Positions 1 through 8,218 of a stretch of DNA of 64,000 bases are shown piece after piece. Source of the DNA: Polyangiaceae bacterium. Its GTDB lineage: Bacteria; Myxococcota_A; Polyangia; Polyangiales; Polyangiaceae. The stretch covers positions 64,001 to 128,000 of the forward strand of contig CBDCTZ010000013.1 of NCBI GenBank assembly GCA_965222375.1. Direction: 5' to 3'. Position numbers and translations under genes: made by a program. Each line of letters opens with the position of its first letter. The stretch's first letter is position 1. A model generated the notes under the pieces. The model was not told where the DNA came from. It ran no database searches and was given only the letters and a program-made list of their open reading frames with translations.

Positions 1-506
1 ACCGGCCGGAGCTTGGCCCGATGAATGCCGCGCAGCGCCCCCAGAGTCACGGTCTGGTCGCCGCCGATGAAGCCACCGACGACGCCCGAACGCGCGATGG
101 CGCTAGCGCGCTCTTCGACGATCTTCAAAGCGCCGTCCACGTTCGCGGGCGGCACCGCCAGATCCGCGCCGTCCGCAACGGCGAGTTCTTCGTAGATGTC
201 GATGCCGAGCGCCGTCGAAAACCCTCGCGCGAGTGACGACGCTTCCCGCACCGCGCGCGGCGCGAGCCTCGCGCCCGGGCGGTAGCTGGTTCCCCCATCG
301 AAGGGCACGCCCGTCAGCAGCACGTCGACGTCTGGCACCTCGCCGAGGCTGCGCACGACGGGCAGCCGCAAGAACGTCGGCACACCTGCGTAGCGCGGCA
401 GCTCGCCGGTGGGCGTGGGGCGGTAGCTGGGCCGCTCTTTGACGACCCGGGGGCGGGCGGCCGACGCTCTCGCCTTCTTCTTCGGTCGTTTCCCCCGGGC
501 AGTCAC
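1..506 (-). CDS. Ureohydrolase (agmatinase/arginase family) protein, 5' part, runs off the window edge; not in ORF track
   Basis: My translation from GTG at 506: ...PRYAGVPTFLRLP...DVLLTGVPFDGGTSYRPGARLAPRAVREAS...GFIGGDQTVTLG. GVPFD-G-SYRPGAR is the agmatinase N-terminal signature. Confidence 0.85.
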   Translation of the reverse strand, partial: MTARGKRPKKKARASAARPRVVKERPSYRPTPTGELPRYAGVPTFLRLPVVRSLGEVPDVDVLLTGVPFDGGTSYRPGARLAPRAVREASSLARGFSTALGIDIYEELAVADGADLAVPPANVDGALKIVEERASAIARSGVVGGFIGGDQTVTLGALRGIHRAKLRP

Positions 507-513
507 CCGTGCA

Positions 514-1458
514 TCATAGCTCGCCGTCGCTGCATGCGGAATAGCGCACTCGAACTCCGGCTCGCGGGGACTGGCGGAAAGTGCCGGGCAATATCGGTGG
601 ATTGTGGGTCGCTTCCTTGACCCGCAGGATCAAATCCTGATCCGTGTCGGGCACTTCCAAGCGCATTCGCCGCGGAACTTCGGCCTGACACGCCGGTCCG
701 CTGGGTGGCACGCCGGGGCCCAGGCCATCGGGATCTTCCCAACCCTTCGAGCTCTGCGCCGGCTCGTGATCAGCAAGCTCCGCCCGATACAGGTCGATGC
801 CTTGCTGGGTCACGCTCACTTCGAGCACGCGAACGAGCTGTTGATTCCAGGGCTTGAGCCAATCCTGGTCGCGTGGCTCCAGATGGATCTCCTGCGTTGC
901 CTGGTGCTTGCTCTGGATGCGCACCACGTAACGCCCGGACTCCCAGACGATCTTCGCTTGCTGTGGCGTGTGCACCAGCACCGGCGCCTCGCCCCTCAGC
1001 ATTTGCGCTAGGGCATGGGGCGGCACAGGAACCCGGGTGAAGCGCGCGACGTTGCAGGTATTGGCAGGCCCCGAGAAGAAGGTCTTCTGCTGCAAGTCGT
1101 AGAGCGCGAAGCTCTCGCCATCACTGGTCAACGTGGAGATGGTCACTCCAAAGGGGCTGAAGACATCGAAGCGCAGGTCATCGACCAGCATCGACTTGTA
1201 CAGAACGTTGCCACGCACCCGTCCCTCGTCGCCAAAGTAGTCGATCTTGGCCTCACCCTGGATGCCGCGACTGCAAGCGTAGCTCTCGTGCATGCGATCG
1301 AGCGCAGCATCCGCCGTAGGAAACTGAGACGGCGGTGGTGGGCGCGTGCAGCCCATGAGCAAGGCAAGGCCAAACGCGCCCTGGCAGAGGCGTGCCGCGC
1401 CCGCGCGGAGGCGGGATCGGCGGGCGACGCCAGCGCGCGGGGCGACGGGATAGGTCAT
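514..1458 (-). CDS. Lipoprotein, LolB/DUF4292-like fold
   Basis: Lipobox LLMGC; LRFDVFSPFG-x-TLTSDG motif resembling DUF4292/LolB-like proteins; overlaps the upstream stop codon. Confidence 0.6.
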   Translation of the reverse strand: MTYPVAPRAGVARRSRLRAGAARLCQGAFGLALLMGCTRPPPPSQFPTADAALDRMHESYACSRGIQGEAKIDYFGDEGRVRGNVLYKSMLVDDLRFDVFSPFGVTISTLTSDGESFALYDLQQKTFFSGPANTCNVARFTRVPVPPHALAQMLRGEAPVLVHTPQQAKIVWESGRYVVRIQSKHQATQEIHLEPRDQDWLKPWNQQLVRVLEVSVTQQGIDLYRAELADHEPAQSSKGWEDPDGLGPGVPPSGPACQAEVPRRMRLEVPDTDQDLILRVKEATHNPPILPGTFRQSPRAGVRVRYSACSDGEL

Positions 1459-3023
1459 CCGGACCTGAGCGCGTCGAACAGCTCGAGATCCGGCACGCCC
1501 AGGCGGACCACGTGGTTGGTCACGCCCACACCGTGGCTTTCACACCACTTCGCGAGGGTGCCGCCGTCAACCAGAGTGACCGGCGCGGCCCCCGACGCTT
1601 GCGCTTCTTCCCGCGCGCCGCTCAGAGCCTGGCCCGTGGTGATCAGCATTCCCGCTGCCGCCGGACCGTAGTGATGCAAGGCGCCTCGCAGCTCCAGTAC
1701 ACGCTCACGGCCGATTTCGCGCCCATCCCGTCGCACCACGATGGCCGTCGGCACGCCAGCACCTGCGCCGACCGTCACGCCGGATAGGTGCAGCTCCGAC
1801 GCGGGTACGCCAGTGCGCTTGATTGCGGAAAGCCCGGAGATCCCGATGCGCTCCAAGAGCGTGATGATGAGCTCCGAAAGCGCTCGCTGAGGCAAATCGG
1901 AGATCTTGCGAGCAAGAAGCTTGCGGGAGGCCTCTCGATGCCGCACCACCAGTTGTTCCAGATCCTTTTCGATGCGGAGCAACTCCCCGTCCATGGCCCA
2001 TTCAGTCAGGCCTACTCGCTGCCCGGAGATCCGGAAGCGAAGCCGACGGCTTTCCGCGCCCCGACGGAGGTTGTCCGCCCGGGCCGCAGCCAGCATCGCG
2101 GCCGCGAGAAAGGACGCCTCGGAGCCTCGGCCCTTGCGGCACGCGGCTTCGGCGAGACGCTGAGTACTGGTCGTACCGTTGTTGCGATCTTGACCCGAAA
2201 GCAGGCGTTCCAACGCGTCAGCCAGGGGCTTGCCGGTGAGATCCTCCAGTGGCCCGGTATCATCTCGCAGCGCGTCGAGCTTGGCGTCGACGTTGTCCTC
2301 AAAGGCAGCGTCCGACACCGTGTAGCCCGGCATGCCACCGTCCGCCCTGTCCTCGGTCCGATCCTTGTCTCGGCCCCGACGACGACGTCGACGACGACCC
2401 CGGCGAGCGCCACCTTCGCGATCGCCATCCTCATCGCCGTCGTCAGCGCTGTCCGCGCGGGCAGGCGGCGCTTGAAGAATCGGCACGTCGTCGTCTTCTT
2501 CGGCTTCGAACAGGTCCGCGGCGGACGCCGCAATCGCAGCGCGCTCTCGCTCCGCTTCGTCGACCACCCGTTCTTCATCGCCATCGGCGAAATCGACAAC
2601 CTCACCGCCACTGGATGAAGCCTGGGGCTCCGATGCAGCTGGCGCAGATCCTATGGGTGCAGATGCGAGGGGCGCGGACGCAATTTCGACACTCGACCCG
2701 TTGGCTCCCTCCCCTGCCGCAGCTTCAGTCTCTGCAGCGCGGCTGGCGAGCTCGATGGCCGGGGTCCGGTCCTTCAGCCCCTTGTCGATCGTCTTTTTAT
2801 CCCACTCGCGGAGAGCGAATACGCCGGGCTTGACCCGAACCAGAGGGTTATCCTTGTCTGCCTTCTTCACCAGTGCCGCAAGGCGAGCACCCATGGTGAC
2901 CTCGGGACTTTTCCCGACATGTGACAGCAAGTTCCTCTCGATCGCTACGTCCGTGATCTCCTTATAGTGTAGGGGTTTCCCTACGAGGCGCAGGACCTGC
3001 GCCGCAGCTTCTGTGAACGTCAT
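1455..3023 (-). CDS. HARE-HTH domain plus C-terminal Mrr-like restriction-endonuclease-fold protein
   Basis: N-term MTFTEAAAQVL...PLHYKEIT...GKSPEVTMGARL...PGVFALREW (HARE-HTH); acidic/Arg-rich linker; C-term GMLITTG...AREEA...VTLVDG (Mrr_cat-like). Confidence 0.8.
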   Translation of the reverse strand: MTFTEAAAQVLRLVGKPLHYKEITDVAIERNLLSHVGKSPEVTMGARLAALVKKADKDNPLVRVKPGVFALREWDKKTIDKGLKDRTPAIELASRAAETEAAAGEGANGSSVEIASAPLASAPIGSAPAASEPQASSSGGEVVDFADGDEERVVDEAERERAAIAASAADLFEAEEDDDVPILQAPPARADSADDGDEDGDREGGARRGRRRRRRRGRDKDRTEDRADGGMPGYTVSDAAFEDNVDAKLDALRDDTGPLEDLTGKPLADALERLLSGQDRNNGTTSTQRLAEAACRKGRGSEASFLAAAMLAAARADNLRRGAESRRLRFRISGQRVGLTEWAMDGELLRIEKDLEQLVVRHREASRKLLARKISDLPQRALSELIITLLERIGISGLSAIKRTGVPASELHLSGVTVGAGAGVPTAIVVRRDGREIGRERVLELRGALHHYGPAAAGMLITTGQALSGAREEAQASGAAPVTLVDGGTLAKWCESHGVGVTNHVVRLGVPDLELFDALRSG

Positions 3024-3184
3024 GAATCATCATCTTCCTGTTTTCCGACAACCCTGTGTTGTCTCTGCCGGGCCAACATCCGCGCCGGGGAAGCTTCGCT
3101 CCCGCCGCCGGCCGGACGCCCGGGCGACGAGGAAATACCATGACCCTGCGCGGCCAGGAAGAATTCTCGCGACAAGTTGTCGCT

Positions 3185-3742
3185 TCAGGCGTTCTTTAAG
3201 GTGTTTTCTGCAGCTGCGACGTAGGCCTCGAGGGTCTGGTCGTCGAATAGGATGAATTGGCACAGGGTCGGTCCGTGCTCGCTGAGGGAGCGGCGCACCG
3301 CCTCCAGAGCGATGGGTGCGGCTTCGCTCACGGGGTAGCCGTACACGCCAGTACTGATGGATGGGAACGCGACAGATTCGATGCCTTCGTCGCGACAGAG
3401 TTGCAGCGCGGAGCGGTAACAACCCGCGAGAAGTTCAGACGCCCGCTCGCCTTCTTGCTTGTAGATCGGTCCCACGCAGTGAATGACCCACTTCGACGGC
3501 AGCTCGAAACCTTCGGTCAGCACGGCCCGACCCGTCTCGAGCACACCACCGGGCAGCGTGCGTTTGATTTCTCGCAGAGCGCCCAAGAGCTCCGGCCCCG
3601 CTGCGCGATGAATTGCACCGTCCACGCCACCGCCTCCCATGAGTAACGAGTTCGCAGCGTTTGCAATCGCCGCCGTCTCGGCGCGGGTGATGTCGCCAAC
3701 GACGAACTCGACGCGCGCGCGACCTAGCGGGTAGTGGTGCAT
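3185..3742 (-). CDS. Macrodomain protein (O-acetyl-ADP-ribose deacetylase, YmdB-like)
   Basis: GDIT, NAAN-x-LMGGGGVDGAIHRAAG, VIHCVGP and AFPSISTGVYGYP motifs. Confidence 0.93.
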   Translation of the reverse strand: MHHYPLGRARVEFVVGDITRAETAAIANAANSLLMGGGGVDGAIHRAAGPELLGALREIKRTLPGGVLETGRAVLTEGFELPSKWVIHCVGPIYKQEGERASELLAGCYRSALQLCRDEGIESVAFPSISTGVYGYPVSEAAPIALEAVRRSLSEHGPTLCQFILFDDQTLEAYVAAAENTLKNA

Positions 3743-3855
3743 TGCGGCGGCAGCCTAGCCCGACGCTTTGACTCAGGGGTAGCTGCCTTTCGTAATGCCT
3801 CGTATTGCTGAGGGAAATTGAGTCACGGGCGTCGACGCCCCGGGCGCGCTAGAAT

Positions 3856-4248
3856 TTGGTCCAGGTGGTGGACCCAAGGGCGCTTGTCGACGAGCTCGCG
3901 AAGCTCGCTCGCAACCTCGGCATCGAGGTGCGCGTGGTCGCGATGCGTCTGCCCACTCGGGGTGCTGGCGGCCTGTGCCGCGTGAAGGGCAAGTCGATGA
4001 TCCTGCTGGATCAGAAGCAGCCCGCCATCGATCGCGCTGGCACCCTCGCCGAGTGCATCGTCGCGAGCGGCCTGACTTGGGATAGCTCCGCCCTCGACGA
4101 GACGGTCGCGGCAGTGCTCGAAAACGCACACGCGCGCTCCGAGCGACTCGCCGTCGGCGCGCCGGCTCCACGCACCGACGGCATCCGCGCGCTGCTGCGT
4201 CCCAAACCCGGGCTTCGCCGGGCGAAAGCGCGCCAGCGCACCACCTGA
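3856..4248 (+). CDS. Hypothetical protein
   Basis: Plausible ORF filling the gap upstream of murB (LARNLGIEVR...GGLCRVKG..ILLD); start uncertain. Confidence 0.6.
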   Translation: MVQVVDPRALVDELAKLARNLGIEVRVVAMRLPTRGAGGLCRVKGKSMILLDQKQPAIDRAGTLAECIVASGLTWDSSALDETVAAVLENAHARSERLAVGAPAPRTDGIRALLRPKPGLRRAKARQRTT

Positions 4249-4327
4249 AGTTCAGAGACGACGGACTTCCAGGCAGCGTGCCCCAAGAACACGCTCCGAC
4301 TACGAATTTCTGCAGCGTGGGCTTCGC

Positions 4328-5440
4328 GTGCTAAGCGTGGGGCCGGTGGAATACGACAGCCACGTCCCCTTGGCACCCAAGACGACGCTCGGTGTCGGTG
4401 GCAACGCAGAGCAATTCTTGCTCGCCGCCAGCGTCCAGAGCGTCACGGACGCGGTTAGTCGCGCCGATGCGCGCGGCATGCCGGTACACGTTCTGGGCGG
4501 CGGTAGCAACGTCGTGGTCAGCGATGAAGGCGTTCCCGGACTCGTTGTCGAGATAGGCACGCAGGGAATCGAATGGGTGGCCCAAGGGCAGCACGTTTTG
4601 GCAAACGTGCAGGCGGGCGAGAATTGGGATGGCTTCGCGCGAATCGCCGTGGAAAAGAATCTCGCGGGGGTGGAGTGTTTGAGCGGGATCCCCGGGCGAG
4701 TGGGCGCAACTCCGATCCAGAACGTCGGCGCCTATGGCCAGGATGTGTCCGAAACCATCGAAAACGTCCGCTGCTGGGACCGCCGGGAAAGCGAAGTCGT
4801 GGATCTCAGTCGCCGCGAGTGTGAGTTCGCCTACCGCGCCAGTCGCTTCAAGACTCGAGAGCCCAACCGCTACGTCGTGCTTTCCGTGACGTTTCGCCTA
4901 GCGCGCGGCGGCGCCCCAGGCCTTCGCTACGCGGAATTGCAGCGCGCCCTCGGTGAAGCCTCTACGTCGGCGACGCTTCAGCAGGTGCGCGACGCGGTAC
5001 TCGGGTTGCGACGCGGCAAGAGCATGGTCGTCGATCCCGACGACCCTCTCAGCCGAAGCTGCGGTTCCTTCTTCGTCAACCCGGTGGTGTCAGAAGCGAA
5101 GGCCGAGTCCATTGCTGCGGGGGCCACGGACGCCGACGGCATGCCTCGCTATCCCCAGGCCGATGGCAGCGTCAAGTTGAGCGCGGGTTGGTTGATCGAG
5201 CGCGCGGGCTTTGCACGGGGCACCCAACTCGGCGCAGCGCAGGTCTCGGACAAACACGCCTTGGCCCTCGTCGCAGGAGCTGGCGCAACGACTCACGACG
5301 TCCTCGCGCTAGCTGTCAAAGTGCGCGACGCCGTGCAAGCGCGCTTCGACATCCAGTTGGTTGCAGAACCCGTGATGTGGGGTTTTTCCGAACTTCGCGG
5401 CGGCTTGCCGCAGTCTCAGGGCGATCCGACGCAGCCGTAG
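4328..5440 (+). CDS. murB: UDP-N-acetylenolpyruvoylglucosamine reductase
   Basis: TTLGVGG, LGGGSNVV, GIPGRVGATPIQNVGAYG, SCGSFFVNP and KLSAGWLIE motifs. Confidence 0.96.
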   Translation: MLSVGPVEYDSHVPLAPKTTLGVGGNAEQFLLAASVQSVTDAVSRADARGMPVHVLGGGSNVVVSDEGVPGLVVEIGTQGIEWVAQGQHVLANVQAGENWDGFARIAVEKNLAGVECLSGIPGRVGATPIQNVGAYGQDVSETIENVRCWDRRESEVVDLSRRECEFAYRASRFKTREPNRYVVLSVTFRLARGGAPGLRYAELQRALGEASTSATLQQVRDAVLGLRRGKSMVVDPDDPLSRSCGSFFVNPVVSEAKAESIAAGATDADGMPRYPQADGSVKLSAGWLIERAGFARGTQLGAAQVSDKHALALVAGAGATTHDVLALAVKVRDAVQARFDIQLVAEPVMWGFSELRGGLPQSQGDPTQP

Positions 5441-8094
5441 ACGGCGTCAATGGCTTCGTCCAGTTTGCCGACCTCGGTCCCGCCGGCCTGCGCCATGTCC
5501 GGCCGCCCGCCGCCGGAGCCCCCAACGATGGTCGCGATGGGCCGGATCAGATCCCCAGCCTTGAAGCGACCCGTGATGCCCTTGGACACCGTGAGCACGA
5601 GCTGCGCCTTACCTTCGGCCTCCGATCCCACCAGGACGACGCTGTCGCCCAGCTTGTCCCGGAGCTTTTCTGCCAATTCACGCAGTGCGCCGCGATCCGT
5701 CACCTCGGTGCGAATGCCCAGCACCTTGACGCCAGACACATCGCGAGCCTGGCCCACCATCGTGTCCAGGCCAGAGCCACCGCCACCGCTGAGCAGCCTG
5801 CGTTGCATCTCCTCGAGCTTCTTCGCAGTAGCCCGCTCTTCGGCCACGAGCTTCTCAATCTTGTCGACCAGCTGCGCCGGCGTCGCTTTGGCCGCTTGGG
5901 CCGCCGCTGCGAGTTGCCCCTCGAGGCTCCGCACGTAGTTCAGAGCCCCCTCACCGGTCACTGCCACGATGCGGCGCACGCCCGCCGCGATCCCACCCTC
6001 ACTCACGATCTTGAACAAGCCGATGTCGCCCGTCGCACGGGCGTGGGTTCCGCCGCACAGCTCCACGGACTCCGCCATGGTGAGCAGACGCACGGTGTCG
6101 CCGTACTTCTCTTCGAAGATCATCATTGCGCCGCGCTTGCGCGCCTGCTCCATGCTGAGCACCTCGGTCTGCACTGGCGTATTCAGGAGCACTCGAGCAT
6201 TCACCAGCTGCTCAATCTTCGCGACCTCATCCGCACTGAGCGCGCTGGTATGAGTGAAGTCAAAGCGCAGCCGCTCAGGCCCGACCAATGAGCCCTTTTG
6301 CTGGGCGTGCTTGCCGATCACTTCGCGCAAAGCCCAATGCAACAGATGGGTGACCGAGTGGTTCTTGCGAATGGCCTCACGCCGCTGCACGTCAATTTCG
6401 AGGGTCGCGGTCTGCCCGATCTTGACGCTGCCGCCTTCGACGCTGCCTCGGTGCACCGTGAGCCCGGGCAGAGGCTTGGCGGTATCCACTACGCGAACGG
6501 AGCCTTCGGGGAGCTTGATGACACCCTCGTCACCGACCTGGCCACCCGCTTCGCCATAGAACGGCGTGCGCTCAGTCACGATCTCCACGTTCGCCCCTGG
6601 CGCGGCACTCTCGACCAGCTTGCCCTCTGAAACGATGGCAACGACCTTGCTCTCGTCGGTCTCGCGCTCGTAACCCGTGAAGGGCACGTTTTGTCCGGGC
6701 ACCAGCTGCAGGGCTTCGCGATACACGCCCTCGACGGCTACCTCCATGCCCTTGAACTCACTGCGCTTTCGCGCCTCGGCCAGAGCCTCTTTGTACCCAG
6801 CCTCATCGACGGAAAAGCCGCGCTCGCGACAGATCACCTCGGTGAGGTCCAGAGGAAAGCCGTAAGTGTCGTAGAGCTGGAAGGCATCGCGGCCGTCCAG
6901 GGTCGTCTTGCTCGCGCTCTGCATGGCCGAGAAGCGCTCCTCGAGTAGATGTAGCCCCCGCTCGATGGTTTGACGGAAGCCGATCTCCTCGGCCTCCGCC
7001 ACGCTTCGGATCGAGTCTCGATGCTCGACGAGGTCCGGGTAGTGCTCACCCATGACGTCGACGACTCGATTGGCAACGTCGTGCAAGAAGGGCCGGTCGA
7101 TGCCCAAGCGGTGCCCATGCCGGATCGCGCGCCGCATCACTCGCCGAAGCACGTACTCCCGCCGGGTGCGATCCGGCAGCACACCTTCGGCGATCAGAAA
7201 CGCCGTCGTGCGCGCATGATCCGCAATCACCCGCATGCTGACATCGTCCGGCGCCATGCTGGCGCCATAGGTCTTGCCGGAGGCCTCTTCCGCGACGGAC
7301 ACGAGCTCCCGAAGTAGGTCCACGTCGTAGTTGCTCGTCTTGTCCTGCACGATACAGGACAGGCGCTCGAGACCCGCGCCGGTATCAATGCTCGGCGCCG
7401 GCAGATCCGTCATGCGCGCCTTGCCATCGACGAGACTGCGATCGAATTGCATGAAGACCAAGTTCCAGACCTCCATCCAGCCGTGACCTTCAGCGGTCTG
7501 TTCTTGTCCGAACTTGCTGAGATCGACCTCCGGGCCAACGCAGTAGTGCAGCTCGCTGCAGGGTCCGCAGGGTCCGGTGTCGCCCATCTGCCAGAAGTTG
7601 TCCGCCATGCCCAGGCCCAAGATGCGGTCGTCACCAAAGCCCGTGACCTTCTTCCAGAGATCTCGCGCGACTTCGTCCGCGGGCACTTCGTCCTGCCCCT
7701 TGAAGTACGTGAAGATGAATCGCTTCGGATCTAGACCAAGCTCTTTGATCAAGAAATCCCAGGCGTAGACGATAGCCTCTTCTTTGAAGTAGTCGCCGAA
7801 GCTGAAGTTCCCCAGCATCTCGAAGAAGGTATGATGCCGCGGCGACGGGCCAACGTTCTCGAGATCGTTGTGTTTGCCACTGATGCGAATGCACTTCTGG
7901 CTCGAGGTCGCCCGGCTGTAGCCACGCTTCTCGCGACCCGTGAACACATCCTTGAACTGCACCATGCCCGCATTGGCGAACATCAGACTCGGGTCGTTCG
8001 GCGGGATGAGCGCGCCGCTGGCGACGAGTTCGTGCTCCCGCTGACGAAAAAACTCGAGGAACGCTCGACGCAATTCTGTGGCTGTTCGGCTCAT
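5416..8094 (-). CDS. alaS: Alanine--tRNA ligase
   Basis: NAGMVQFK, HHTFFEMLGNFSFGDYFK, IDTGAGLER, NHSVTHLLH, ELCGGTH and GGGGRPDMAQAGG motifs. Confidence 0.99.
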   Translation of the reverse strand: MSRTATELRRAFLEFFRQREHELVASGALIPPNDPSLMFANAGMVQFKDVFTGREKRGYSRATSSQKCIRISGKHNDLENVGPSPRHHTFFEMLGNFSFGDYFKEEAIVYAWDFLIKELGLDPKRFIFTYFKGQDEVPADEVARDLWKKVTGFGDDRILGLGMADNFWQMGDTGPCGPCSELHYCVGPEVDLSKFGQEQTAEGHGWMEVWNLVFMQFDRSLVDGKARMTDLPAPSIDTGAGLERLSCIVQDKTSNYDVDLLRELVSVAEEASGKTYGASMAPDDVSMRVIADHARTTAFLIAEGVLPDRTRREYVLRRVMRRAIRHGHRLGIDRPFLHDVANRVVDVMGEHYPDLVEHRDSIRSVAEAEEIGFRQTIERGLHLLEERFSAMQSASKTTLDGRDAFQLYDTYGFPLDLTEVICRERGFSVDEAGYKEALAEARKRSEFKGMEVAVEGVYREALQLVPGQNVPFTGYERETDESKVVAIVSEGKLVESAAPGANVEIVTERTPFYGEAGGQVGDEGVIKLPEGSVRVVDTAKPLPGLTVHRGSVEGGSVKIGQTATLEIDVQRREAIRKNHSVTHLLHWALREVIGKHAQQKGSLVGPERLRFDFTHTSALSADEVAKIEQLVNARVLLNTPVQTEVLSMEQARKRGAMMIFEEKYGDTVRLLTMAESVELCGGTHARATGDIGLFKIVSEGGIAAGVRRIVAVTGEGALNYVRSLEGQLAAAAQAAKATPAQLVDKIEKLVAEERATAKKLEEMQRRLLSGGGGSGLDTMVGQARDVSGVKVLGIRTEVTDRGALRELAEKLRDKLGDSVVLVGSEAEGKAQLVLTVSKGITGRFKAGDLIRPIATIVGGSGGGRPDMAQAGGTEVGKLDEAIDAVYGCVGSP

Positions 8095-8218
8095 TTTGCC
8101 GGTGCTTTAGCACGAATCTTCGGCCCGCGGCGACGGGGGAGGCCGCGGTTGCGACGCCCGCTCTTTCTCGCTACAGCGTCAGGTCGGCATCGGCCTGTCG
8201 AGGCCGTAGGACCAAGCC

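Noticed and set aside
5416..5440. 3' overlap of murB and alaS
   Set aside because: Short convergent overlaps are common in GC-rich genomes.
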